Counted from the stretch's first letter, positions 42,319 to 51,484 are shown. The stretch is 64,000 bases of DNA from an uncultured Enterobacteriaceae bacterium (GCA_964495015.1 CAZBUD010000001.1:69357-133356), one strand, 5' to 3'. The notes: generated by a model from the letters alone, not told the origin. Made by a program: numbers and translations.

Positions 42319-43989
42319 CTACTCTTCGACCAGAAGCCCTTCAACGAATCGTAGATCCATGGTCTTGCCATCAAGAACCAGAACCTCTTCGATCTTCTCT
42401 CGGGCGTGGCGGGCAAGCGTTTCGAGTGCGGCTTGTTCTTCGTGCGTTAACCGCATCAGCTCAGCCGCGAACGCACGAAACCCATTCCAGCGCTCTTCTA
42501 ACACGGCATGTCTCAATTGCTCATGCAAGGTTTCGAGTTCTTGACGCTGCAGCGGACGGACGTCGGCCCGACTTTCGAGGACCCAGCGAGCAAACGCCGT
42601 ATTCCAAAGCACCGCCAACGTGACACCCTCAGGCGCTTTTCCCTCGGGCAAAATTTCCCACCGCCGTAGGACTCCGAACCAAATCGGAATCTCTGCAAGC
42701 AAGGCTTGCACCTGTTTGACTTCGGATAACCGGCTAAACTGTCGAGACACAATCTCACCCGGAGTCTCCAGACCCACAAAGAAGACGGGCATCCTCCTCC
42801 GAACCCCGACAGCCATTTCCCGAAACGGTGTATCAAGATAGCTTTCCCATTCCAGTAAATCGTTTTCATGCAACTGGGCAGCCATTTGGTTTGCCTGATG
42901 CCGGAGACGTTGGACCAAGCCCAGGCCCACTTGGAAAAACGGGCGGACTTGCGTCGCCTGGAGCAGGTGTTGCGCTTCTATCTCACTCTCTTTGGCAGTA
43001 AAAGCCAGACCAATATTGACATAGTCATGTGCCGTTTCTACACAACGGCGAATTTCTCTGATTTCTCCAGTATCTCGTGCTTCCGCCGTGACAATACTGT
43101 TGGTCAGGTAGGCCAACTCTTGCCCGATCTGTTCGAGAGATTCAGCCGGAAGGGCCGTCAAGGTACGGAAAAAAAATGAACCAGTCTGTGACAAGAGGGC
43201 CAAGGCATGATCGGGGGGCGTAACGACTTCGTCTCCTGAAACAAAATGTATCTGGACTGCCGCACGTTCATACGGCTGTAAATTGACGGACTCTGGAGGG
43301 ACAAAGCGAAAGAGATCCTGTACTTCCTCATATGTGGGATAACCGCGGTCTTCCAACCGGGCAGTCCGCCAGCGGAAGGCCGCTTCTTCAAGGCCGCTTT
43401 CGAGTTCGAACAGGCTGTTTTCAAGGACATACACATACATCCTGTAGTCCAACGCTCGCACACGCTCGATCAGCAAGTGTAAAATTGGCTCCGGTTCGCC
43501 ACGAAAACGGAGCAGATATTGATCGTCAAACGTGAAATATTTTGCCTGATCGAAATCCGGATCCTCTTCAATATCGGCCTGGCGGACAACCTCGAAGTAG
43601 CGCTTCACCAAGAGCACCAGCAGTTCGATATCGGTGTGCAGAAACCATTCCGCAATTTTGTTGGTGCCGCCTTCATCAAGCAACATGAGCCAATTAATCA
43701 GGCGTTCGTCATCCAGGCTATCCTTACGCCAGCAGTCCAGGTCCACGATGTCACGCACCTGCTCAGGAGCCGCCAAGACAAGCAGGTCGACGGCATCTTC
43801 GATTCCAATCTCTTTGATCGTGTACAGGAGCGTCTCCGAAGACAGCGCCCGTACGAGGTCAAGACTGTTGGCTGCCGCAAGAATTAACTCTTGGCGACTT
43901 TTGGCATCAACCTGCACGAGTTGCGCGGCCTGCTCCGGGACGGACAGCTTGGGCAACATCACGTTCTCAGGGTCTACCATACCCCTCAC
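42319..43989 (-). CDS. large acidic conserved hypothetical protein (I recall a DUF6178-like family with an MgtE-N-like N-terminus; unverified)
   Basis: 556-aa uninterrupted ORF. GTG 43989 overlaps the upstream stop (GTGA); an alternative start is ATG 43980. No catalytic motif recognised. Confidence 0.55.
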   Translation of the reverse strand: MRGMVDPENVMLPKLSVPEQAAQLVQVDAKSRQELILAAANSLDLVRALSSETLLYTIKEIGIEDAVDLLVLAAPEQVRDIVDLDCWRKDSLDDERLINWLMLLDEGGTNKIAEWFLHTDIELLVLLVKRYFEVVRQADIEEDPDFDQAKYFTFDDQYLLRFRGEPEPILHLLIERVRALDYRMYVYVLENSLFELESGLEEAAFRWRTARLEDRGYPTYEEVQDLFRFVPPESVNLQPYERAAVQIHFVSGDEVVTPPDHALALLSQTGSFFFRTLTALPAESLEQIGQELAYLTNSIVTAEARDTGEIREIRRCVETAHDYVNIGLAFTAKESEIEAQHLLQATQVRPFFQVGLGLVQRLRHQANQMAAQLHENDLLEWESYLDTPFREMAVGVRRRMPVFFVGLETPGEIVSRQFSRLSEVKQVQALLAEIPIWFGVLRRWEILPEGKAPEGVTLAVLWNTAFARWVLESRADVRPLQRQELETLHEQLRHAVLEERWNGFRAFAAELMRLTHEEQAALETLARHAREKIEEVLVLDGKTMDLRFVEGLLVEE

Positions 43990-44858
43990 TCGGATTTGGT
44001 ATACTGATCGATAAAGGCCAAGGCTTGATCCCAGCCGAGCAGCCCATTAAACACGTCATTAAACGGCAGCATTTCGTGCCACGCGCCTTGGGTACTCCCA
44101 CTTGCTCGTAGGGTCTGTAGCGTTTTCTTCATCTGGTATGTCGCAGCTAGAACATTCGTTACCGGATATATGGCAAGGCAAAACCCTAAGTCTTCAAGAT
44201 CTCGGGCAGGCAGGAAGGGTGTTTTTCCACCCTCTACCATGTTGACCATAAGCGGTGTGGAAGAAAACTCGCGACACACCTGTTCCATCTGTTTAACCGA
44301 TTCAAACGCCTCAAAGAACAGCATGTCAGCGCCCGCCTCCAGATAGACGCCCGCTCGCGCTATTGCATCATCCAGCCCGTTGACGGAAATGGCGTCGATG
44401 CGTGCAATAATTACTGTGTCAGAATTTGTACGATTCTCAACCGCTGCCCGAATCTTGGCCGCGTGATCGGTTGCAGAGACGAGACGTTTTCCGTCCAGAT
44501 GTCCACACCGCCGAGGCAAATCTTGATCTTCGATATGCAGACCAGCTACATCCACCCGTTCATACTCCTGCACCATGCGTACGACATTCAACACCGAACC
44601 AAAGCCGGCTTCGGCGTCGGCGATCACAGGCACGTTCACCGCACGGCATACCCCTTCGAGCTGGATGATCATTTCTGTCAACGTCCGCATACCAAAGTCT
44701 GGATAGCCGAGCGCCCCAGCAGATACGCCACCGGAGTAATAGACAAGAGGGAAGCCAGCTTCTTCAATAAGCCGAGCCGAAATAACATCATAGGCACCTG
44801 CGGCCATGAGGAATTGATTCTGGGAAAGTAGCGTCCGTAACGATTGCGCTTGGGCCAT
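43986..44858 (-). CDS. isocitrate lyase/PEP mutase superfamily enzyme (methylisocitrate lyase / oxaloacetate decarboxylase / phosphorylmutase-like)
   Basis: 290 aa. Motifs AAGAYDVISARLIEEAGF..VYYSGG, PVIADAEAGFG and GLHIEDQ..PRRCGHL.GK form the family active-site loop K(R)CGH. Confidence 0.85.
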   Translation of the reverse strand: MAQAQSLRTLLSQNQFLMAAGAYDVISARLIEEAGFPLVYYSGGVSAGALGYPDFGMRTLTEMIIQLEGVCRAVNVPVIADAEAGFGSVLNVVRMVQEYERVDVAGLHIEDQDLPRRCGHLDGKRLVSATDHAAKIRAAVENRTNSDTVIIARIDAISVNGLDDAIARAGVYLEAGADMLFFEAFESVKQMEQVCREFSSTPLMVNMVEGGKTPFLPARDLEDLGFCLAIYPVTNVLAATYQMKKTLQTLRASGSTQGAWHEMLPFNDVFNGLLGWDQALAFIDQYTKSE

Positions 44859-45019
44859 GAAAATATAAATTCCTTACAAAGAGAGATACACAGGCATGCG
44901 AATATCCGAAGGGCTATTTCTGCCATGCTGGACCGGCTTGTCAAGGTAGTACACAAAACGACAGCAGCTCTTGCTTTTCAGCGCCGAGTAAGCCAAAAGA
45001 GCAACAAGGAGGGAATCTC

Positions 45020-45637
45020 ATGAGTAATCTTGCCTATCAGAACGAATCAAACTATACCCTGCAGCAACTCGGAGCAGACGTGGAAGCGATTGTTGCAGAC
45101 GAGCGGGAGCATGCCAAAATTGTTGCTGCAGCAGAGCCCCTGCTTGAACGGTTTCTTACGACAAACAGTTTGCCTGAAGAATATTGTCAGCCGGCCCCCG
45201 GCCGCATTACTACGGAGCATAAGGAATTTACGCTATACCGTCTCCATCGTGGTCCCGAAGACTGCTTTAATATTATGGCAGCCATCTGGCCCCCAGGCGG
45301 ATCGAGCGGCGTACACGATCATGCAGGGAAATGGGTGGTCGAAGGTGTCTACCGCAATCAGCTCCACACTATCCGCTATAAACGTTTGGATGATGGTACA
45401 CATACGGGCCACGCAGAACTCAAGGAAACCGTCTCGCTAGATCTTCATCCGGGGAACGTTTCGCATGTCTTGTCCCCAAACGAAGAGGTCCACGATTTTA
45501 TCAATCAAACCAATGAGCCGGTGGTGAGCGTCCATATTTACGGGGGAGATATCAGCACCGAGACGCTGAACTATTTTGATCCAGCGGCCCAAACAGTCGA
45601 GCAGATCGCTCACGATCTGAATTACGATAACGAATAA
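45020..45637 (+). CDS. cysteine dioxygenase type I-like cupin (thiol dioxygenase family)
   Basis: 205 aa preceded by the RBS AAGGAGGG. The cupin His motif is GSSGVHDHAGKWVVEGV...VHDF..., and the size and layout match bacterial CDO/MDO homologues. Confidence 0.65.
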   Translation: MSNLAYQNESNYTLQQLGADVEAIVADEREHAKIVAAAEPLLERFLTTNSLPEEYCQPAPGRITTEHKEFTLYRLHRGPEDCFNIMAAIWPPGGSSGVHDHAGKWVVEGVYRNQLHTIRYKRLDDGTHTGHAELKETVSLDLHPGNVSHVLSPNEEVHDFINQTNEPVVSVHIYGGDISTETLNYFDPAAQTVEQIAHDLNYDNE

Positions 45638-45674
45638 AGTTGTAGTGGCGCATTCTGGAAAGGACCGGTCGCCC

Positions 45675-46427
45675 CTACTCTTCTTGCCCTATCGACGACA
45701 ACTCGACGACTGATTTTTCTGCGTCGAGCACGGACAGCGCTTCTGCCGGGAGCAAGATAAAATCGTCATACGCCGCCTCAGCTACGCTCGTCATCGTATC
45801 GGAATCGGTGAGTAGGGCTATGCCGCGCACTTCGCCAGGTTCAAAGCCGAACAGAAATTTATAGTCCTGGTAAAAATTAACTGTCTCCTGCCGCCACTCA
45901 TCAGGCTCGGCCGGCCCGTGCTGCAAGACCACGACCTTAGCCCGCCAATAGACCGGACTGTCGAAACGCGTCCCAACCGGAAGGCTCGAACTCCAGACAT
46001 ACTTGATCGCCCGAGGAAGAATCCCGCTATCGAAAATAACATAGACTGCTGCAGCGGAATCATTCGTCCTCTTTGCTCGTTCGTTCGCACCGGAAGGGAG
46101 TTTTGTTGCCCGCCAGCGCCAGCGCAAAATGGGATAGTCTTTAGGTTCAAAGGCATATTCCATGCCGATTTGCACATCTTGATTATTGGCATAGGCATGC
46201 AGAAATCGATTACCCTCTTCTTCAGTAATCCGGTATACGGCGAGGGCGACCGATCTTTTGCCACGGACTTTCCAGCGTGATGGAAACACACCAGGAGGAT
46301 CTTGCTGAAACGTCTCCACAAACGGTGACAGGCGCAGGAGTACCTGCTGAATGCCGTTTTCGGGCTCAGCCGCTACGCTCAGTGGTACACTAAATATAAT
46401 TAGACAGATTAACCCAGCAACACTCAT
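45675..46427 (-). CDS. DUF3047-family secreted protein
   Basis: The start is chosen at ATG 46427 (RBS GGAGG); the longer track ORF begins inside a C-rich repeat-like tract. It has a signal peptide, and motifs YPILRWRWRATKLP, DSAAAVYVIF, AIKYVWSS and GIALLTDSD. Confidence 0.75.
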   Translation of the reverse strand: MSVAGLICLIIFSVPLSVAAEPENGIQQVLLRLSPFVETFQQDPPGVFPSRWKVRGKRSVALAVYRITEEEGNRFLHAYANNQDVQIGMEYAFEPKDYPILRWRWRATKLPSGANERAKRTNDSAAAVYVIFDSGILPRAIKYVWSSSLPVGTRFDSPVYWRAKVVVLQHGPAEPDEWRQETVNFYQDYKFLFGFEPGEVRGIALLTDSDTMTSVAEAAYDDFILLPAEALSVLDAEKSVVELSSIGQEE

Positions 46428-46659
46428 CTTCCTCCCCCGACCCCATACCCTCTCCCCCCTCAGCCCCATGTCGTGGACGGATCACTGTAGGCATGTGACC
46501 AATTCCCCAGCTGGCCCATGGATAGAGGAAGGCCCTCCAGATTGCAAGCCCGACTTTCTCTATATGTACGTCAATCGACGTGCCCCGACACCTCGGCCTT
46601 GGCAGGTCTAGCGCGGCTATGGTATCTAACCCCGAGGCTACCCAAGGAGGCTGATACAC

Positions 46660-47631
46660 ATGGAAATTCTTGCAGAGGGCCAAGGCGAATACTTTCCCCC
46701 TGATCCTGACGGATTCCGAGCGTGGGTCCGAGACCATAAGCCGCGTACGCTCATCAATAAAATGATGAACGAGCATGAGGCCATCGAGAAACTTGTGTCC
46801 GATGGTGACTATCTGGCCTATGATTGCAACTACTTTCAGCGCGGGCCGAGTTCGCTCATCCGTGAGGTCATTCGCCAAAAGAAAAAAGACCTCTGGATCT
46901 GCGGAAAATTTACTTATGTGGCTCTGGCTCTGCTCGTCGAAGGCGGCTGCGCCCGTAAGGCGGATATCGCCTTTGTCGGCTTTGGTCCATGGCTGTCGAA
47001 AGCAGTCGCAGAAGGACGGCTCCAGACCTATGAATACTCGAATGTGGTCATGACCTATCGATTGCAGGCTGGGGCCCAGGGCTTGCCTTTTATCGGGGTC
47101 CGATCATTTGGTGGAACGGATGGATTTCCGAAATCCGGTGCCAAATTAGTCAACGACCCGTTCTCCGGGAAGCCAGTAGTACTCTTGCCTGCGCTGAATC
47201 CTGATGTCTCGATCATTCACGTGCATCAGGCCGATGTGTATGGCAATGCACGCGTTTTCGGCACTGGCATCTCCCATATCGATTGTGCCTTAGCTTCAAA
47301 AAAAGTCATTCTGTCCGCCGAAGAAATCATTGAGACGGATGAAATTCGGCGTGATCCGGCCCGGACTGCCGTTCCACATTTTACCGTTGACGCCGTTGTC
47401 CATGCGCCCTTTGGTGCCTACCCTGGTACGGTCCAAGGGCGCTATGCTTCTGATGTGAAGCACGTGGTCGAGTGCTTCGGCGGTATGATGCGCGGAGATC
47501 TCCAACCGTATCTTGAAAAATGGGTGTATAGTGTAGACTCGCATACCGAAATGTTAGAGAAACGCGTAGGTTGGAAAAATCTGCAAGGGCTGCAACGACG
47601 CGAAACTATTCGGGAGGGATACTCGATATGA
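46660..47631 (+). CDS. class I CoA-transferase subunit A (glutaconate CoA-transferase-like)
   Basis: 323 aa preceded by the RBS AAGGAGG. The sequence (IHVHQADVYGNARVFG) and the ATGA overlap with the B subunit support the call. Confidence 0.85.
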   Translation: MEILAEGQGEYFPPDPDGFRAWVRDHKPRTLINKMMNEHEAIEKLVSDGDYLAYDCNYFQRGPSSLIREVIRQKKKDLWICGKFTYVALALLVEGGCARKADIAFVGFGPWLSKAVAEGRLQTYEYSNVVMTYRLQAGAQGLPFIGVRSFGGTDGFPKSGAKLVNDPFSGKPVVLLPALNPDVSIIHVHQADVYGNARVFGTGISHIDCALASKKVILSAEEIIETDEIRRDPARTAVPHFTVDAVVHAPFGAYPGTVQGRYASDVKHVVECFGGMMRGDLQPYLEKWVYSVDSHTEMLEKRVGWKNLQGLQRRETIREGYSI

Positions 47632-48479
47632 CACCGGCCACACATTTTGCGGAACGGGAGCATCTGATCTGTACGGTCTCTCGTATTATTGAAGAGGAAA
47701 AGAGCTATTGGGTCGGTGGTGGTGGAGAGCCACTGTACAGCATTTTGCTGGCACAACGACTCTACGCCGCAGGCGTCCAGTATATGACCGAGGATGGTGT
47801 GATTGCTCCGCAATCTCTGATGCCTTTGGATCCCCTCATGACCATGGTTGCCTCTCGAGCAGGGTATCGGGCCCTACAATGGGGAACCATGAACACCGCG
47901 GGCAACTTGGCTCAACTCGGCTATGTCGATGTGGGCATTCTCAACACCCTCCAAGTTGATCGGTACGGGAATGTGAATTCCACTGTACTGGGCGAATACG
48001 AGGGTGGACAAGGCCGCCGCTTTGGAGGTCCAGGAGGGGCAGATACGATCGCGGCTCAATGTTGGCGGACGATTCTGATGACCGACCAACAAAAACGCAA
48101 ATTCGTTGATCGGGTCGATTTTATCTCCTCTCCAGGGTTTCTCGACGGTCCGGGTGCACGGGAGAAAGCAGGCCTGCCCGCAGGAACCGGCCCATGGCGC
48201 GCATTCACCCCGTGGGCCATGTTTGGCTACGAGGAGAAGTCGTGTGAACTCATGCTCATGGCTATCTCCCCGTTTGTTACTGTAGGTATGGTTCTCGAAG
48301 AAATGTCCTTTATGCCTAAGATGGCACCCAAGATCGAGACTCTTGATCCGCCGACTGAGGAAGAGCTGAAGATCATCCGTACCCAGCTTGACACCGATGG
48401 TCAAACCACCGGACGCGGACAGTGGATCGAAAAACGTGATGGACAATACGTTTTTGCCGAAACGCAGGGGCGGGAATAG
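47628..48479 (+). CDS. class I CoA-transferase subunit B
   Basis: The start is chosen at ATG 47628 (the track ORF starts earlier, at 47571, inside subunit A). Motif LQVDRYGNVNST. It pairs with subunit A. Confidence 0.85.
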   Translation: MTPATHFAEREHLICTVSRIIEEEKSYWVGGGGEPLYSILLAQRLYAAGVQYMTEDGVIAPQSLMPLDPLMTMVASRAGYRALQWGTMNTAGNLAQLGYVDVGILNTLQVDRYGNVNSTVLGEYEGGQGRRFGGPGGADTIAAQCWRTILMTDQQKRKFVDRVDFISSPGFLDGPGAREKAGLPAGTGPWRAFTPWAMFGYEEKSCELMLMAISPFVTVGMVLEEMSFMPKMAPKIETLDPPTEEELKIIRTQLDTDGQTTGRGQWIEKRDGQYVFAETQGRE

Positions 48480-48522
48480 AGTCGGAGGTCCCTTGTGTCT
48501 GATGGCTAAGAGTCCAAATCCC

Positions 48523-48560
48523 AAGGGGCAAAGCATGCTGTGCCCCTTTCTTATCTTTCT
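48523..48560 (+). terminator. probable Rho-independent terminator of the CoA-transferase operon
   Basis: An 8-bp stem aaggggca/tgcccctt with a 10-nt loop, followed by a T-rich tract tttcttatctttct. It lies 44 nt after the stop. Confidence 0.55.
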
Positions 48561-48623
48561 CGCTGAATTCGCTACACAAGGCCTTTGCGCCCTGCAAATC
48601 TGAGGCAGGCCATCACACGCTCG

Positions 48624-49190
48624 CTATCGGCCACCGCCGAGCATGTCGAGATCCCGGTCAGTTTCTTGCGCCCATTGTTTGATAATTTTTTCTAATGCCG
48701 CGGCATTTGGACTTTTCAGGCTTTTCAAAAATCCTAACACTTGCCGCTGACGCCAGACCGGAAGGGGTTCATGCACTGGCATGGACTCGAAAGGAAAAAA
48801 TATCGTGCGATATAGCCCGACAATAATGTCTCGGGTTTTTTCTTCATCAATATTTTCCCAACACCATCTAAAAAATTCCTGGAGGTGACCAAGTGCGAGA
48901 CCGAAGGAGAATGCCTCTAGCCATTCCTGGGAAGCGATCTTTGGTGAAGGGGTCGCTCGCTTGGCCTTCTTTGCCGCCGCCTTAGGCGCGACCTTCTTCG
49001 ACGGCACTTTTTTCGGCGGGGCCTTTTTTACCGCCGCCTTAAGCGCGACCTTCTTCGACGGCACTTTTTTCGGCGGGGCCTTCTTTTTTGCTACGGTTTT
49101 CTGAACCGGAGCTCTGCGGGTGGTTTGTGGCTGGACCTTCTTCTTTTTCGGTCCCTTCGTCCCCTGCTTGCCGGGCTCTTTCCTCGCCAT
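48624..49190 (-). CDS. protein with a lysine-rich histone H1-like N-terminal tail and an uncharacterised C-terminal domain
   Basis: 188 aa. The N-terminal ~85 residues are K/P/A-rich, with a duplicated 19-aa unit KKAPPKKVPSKKVA(L/P)KAA(V/A). The C-terminal domain (WLEAFSFGLALGHLQEFFRWCWENID...) has no family I recognise. Confidence 0.6.
   Translation of the reverse strand: MARKEPGKQGTKGPKKKKVQPQTTRRAPVQKTVAKKKAPPKKVPSKKVALKAAVKKAPPKKVPSKKVAPKAAAKKAKRATPSPKIASQEWLEAFSFGLALGHLQEFFRWCWENIDEEKTRDIIVGLYRTIFFPFESMPVHEPLPVWRQRQVLGFLKSLKSPNAAALEKIIKQWAQETDRDLDMLGGGR
48974..49087. repeat. 2 x 57-bp tandem direct repeat (coding, in frame)
   Basis: ccgccgccttaRgcgcgaccttcttcgacggcacttttttcggcggggcctt occurs at 48974 and 49031, with 3-4 mismatches. 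Confidence 0.85.
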
Positions 49191-49320
49191 ATTTTCTCCA
49201 AATCCGATAAAATCCTTTTATATCAGAATCTTATCAAAGACACAAAAGGTGTTATATTACCGCACTTGGCAAAAGACTTTTCTCGGCCGGGGGAAAGACC
49301 TGGACGGCTACCCGACTATA

Positions 49321-50400
49321 CTAATCGGCTACGTTAGGTGAGAGAGTCGCTAGCCTATCATTAATTTGCTCAGGATTTGGTGCAGTCAACCCACATGCTT
49401 CTGCCACGAGTTCATACGACCGTATCCGCTTGGCAAAATCATAGCAAATCGTAACGATACCCAGGTCACTAGTCTGAAACACCTCTGACAGGCGTTCAAG
49501 CATTTCCTTGACTTGTTGCGGATCTCCGTCAACATTCGTACGCAGATACTGCTCAAGATAGGCCAGCTCATCCTGGCTGTACGGGTAGGCAAGCGCCTCT
49601 TCCGGCGTTGCTACGCCTCGGCGGCGGCCGCGAACAATATTCAGCCGAACTAGGTTTCGGCTGGCGGCCAGGTGCCGGGCTTCTTCTTCGGTCTCTGCAC
49701 AGAGAACCTGAATGGTGACATTGACTTTGGGCTCAGTCAGAAACTCTGATGGACGAAAGTGCTGGCGGTAACTTTCAACAATAGGCGGCCCGTGTTGAAC
49801 GCCAACACCAAAAAAGTAGGCGTAGCTAAACGGCAAACCACGCTCCGCGGCAATATGCGCAGAGTCAATGCCTGAGCCGAGCAACCACACTTCCGGCATT
49901 GTCCCGGCAGTCGGTCCGGCATGAACATCGGCAAAACGGTGATCCGGCGGGAGATCATCGGCAAGATACGTAATCAAATCATCAACCTGCTCGGGGTAGT
50001 AGCGGATATCACGCGGCTGGCCCGGATACGATAACGCGGCGGCCGTCCGCTGGTCACTGCCCGGCGCACGGCCAAGTCCGAGATCAATCCGGCCTGGATA
50101 AAAGGACTCCAGGACGCGAAAGGTCTCAGCCACTTTCAGCGCGCTGTAGTGAGACAGCATCACTCCACCACTGCCGACACGGATAGTCTTTGTGCGGGCA
50201 GCGATCTGGCCGACAAGAATCTCAGGACTCGTTCCTGCGAATCCGGGCAGGTTGTGGTGCTCGGCCACCCAGAAACGTTCATACCCAAGTGCCCCAGCCG
50301 CCTCAGCAAGCGCAACTGTCTCCTGGAGTGCCTGAGCAGCCGTCCCACCTTGGCGTACCGGTGACTGGTCCGCTATGCTGAGGTGCAGTTCTTTGGCCAT
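49321..50400 (-). CDS. LLM-class oxidoreductase (luciferase family, group 1 / YhbW-like)
   Basis: 359 aa. Motifs LSIADQSPV, LGYERFWVAEHHN, GSGGVMLSHYS and RIDLGLGRAPG. Confidence 0.85.
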   Translation of the reverse strand: MAKELHLSIADQSPVRQGGTAAQALQETVALAEAAGALGYERFWVAEHHNLPGFAGTSPEILVGQIAARTKTIRVGSGGVMLSHYSALKVAETFRVLESFYPGRIDLGLGRAPGSDQRTAAALSYPGQPRDIRYYPEQVDDLITYLADDLPPDHRFADVHAGPTAGTMPEVWLLGSGIDSAHIAAERGLPFSYAYFFGVGVQHGPPIVESYRQHFRPSEFLTEPKVNVTIQVLCAETEEEARHLAASRNLVRLNIVRGRRRGVATPEEALAYPYSQDELAYLEQYLRTNVDGDPQQVKEMLERLSEVFQTSDLGIVTICYDFAKRIRSYELVAEACGLTAPNPEQINDRLATLSPNVAD

Positions 50401-50405
50401 AACGC

Positions 50406-50434
50406 AAAAAAAAAGGCAGCCACACAGGGCTGCC
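50406..50434 (-). terminator. Rho-independent terminator (7-bp GC stem, 6-nt loop, T9 on the minus strand)
   Basis: The minus strand reads ggcagcc-ctgtgt-ggctgcc-ttttttttt. It lies 27 nt after the esterase stop (50461). Its T-run ends 5 nt before the ATG of the next gene (50400). Confidence 0.65.
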
Positions 50435-50460
50435 CCTACTATGCTTCTATTATGATCTGC

Positions 50461-51345
50461 CTACGCCGTGCGTTCTTTGAAAAACGCGCCAATCTCTTCG
50501 ATGGCCTGCTGGCCTTCAGGAAGAATCGGTGCGAACAGATGCCAAACATGAGGCATTTCGTCCCAAATTTTCAGCGTCACATCCACACCAGCTTTTCGAG
50601 CCCGCTCAGTAATCCGAGTGGCGTCGTTAAGCAGCGTCTCCGCATCACCAACATGAATCAAGAGTGGCGGTAGGCCCGCAAGGTTGGCATGTAAAGGTGC
50701 GGCGAGCGGATTTTTTGGATCGGCATCACCAAGGTATAGTTTGGCCATCTCAAGCAGACCTTCCTTCTGGACCACCGGATCGACTGCAGCGCGTGTCGTC
50801 ATCGACTCTCCGGAGCCTTCCATATCAACCCACGGCGAGATCCCCACGCCGGCAGCCGGCACAGGATCGCCCCCATCGCGTAAGGCCAAAAGGGTGGCAA
50901 AAGCCAATCCGCCACCGGCCGAATCGCCGGCAATCGCCATGTTTGACGAGCGAATGCCTTGCGCCACCAGCCAACGATAGGCAGCCACGGCGTCATCAAC
51001 TGGCGCCGGGAATGGGTGCTCCGGTGCCAAGCGGTAATTGAGAGACAAAACGCGCGCGCCTGATGCCTTGGACAAGCGGCCCGTCAGATCACGATGCGAG
51101 CCGGCAGAGCCCATAACATAGCCGCCGCCGTGCACGTACAGGATGACCTTGTCTTCGGCCGCGCCATCGGCGACGCTCCACTCGGCGGATACACCGCCAG
51201 CTTCAACTGGGGTACACGTCACCCCAGCAGGAGTTGCCGCTTCTATCATGACGGCGCGCATGGCGTTCATATCTTTTGCCTCGGCCATCGCCTGTCCCAT
51301 CTGTTTGAACATGTCGATTGCTTGTTGTAATTGCGGACTCGCCAT
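50461..51345 (-). CDS. alpha/beta hydrolase, hormone-sensitive-lipase-type esterase
   Basis: 294 aa. It has the oxyanion motif HGGGY and the nucleophile elbow GDSAGG. Confidence 0.85.
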   Translation of the reverse strand: MASPQLQQAIDMFKQMGQAMAEAKDMNAMRAVMIEAATPAGVTCTPVEAGGVSAEWSVADGAAEDKVILYVHGGGYVMGSAGSHRDLTGRLSKASGARVLSLNYRLAPEHPFPAPVDDAVAAYRWLVAQGIRSSNMAIAGDSAGGGLAFATLLALRDGGDPVPAAGVGISPWVDMEGSGESMTTRAAVDPVVQKEGLLEMAKLYLGDADPKNPLAAPLHANLAGLPPLLIHVGDAETLLNDATRITERARKAGVDVTLKIWDEMPHVWHLFAPILPEGQQAIEEIGAFFKERTA

Positions 51346-51484
51346 ACTGCACCTCCATTTTTGTTTTCGAAATCCTTACAGCCCTCCACGTATAGCCCTG
51401 ACAAAGCGTTGTCAACTCAAAACAAGGCGGGTCAAGAGCGCGCGAATACTGGTTGGCAGAAGTTTCCCGCCGGTTCCGGTTGCT

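Noticed and set aside
46428-46469. N-terminal extension MGLRGERVWGRGRK of the DUF3047 ORF.
   Set aside because: It is the translation of a C-rich repeat-like tract. ATG 46427 has a GGAGG RBS and begins a normal signal peptide.
48974-49087. Tandem 57-bp repeat, considered as a mini CRISPR-like or satellite array.
   Set aside because: There are only two directly adjacent copies with no spacers, in frame within a lysine-rich coding region. It is a coding duplication.
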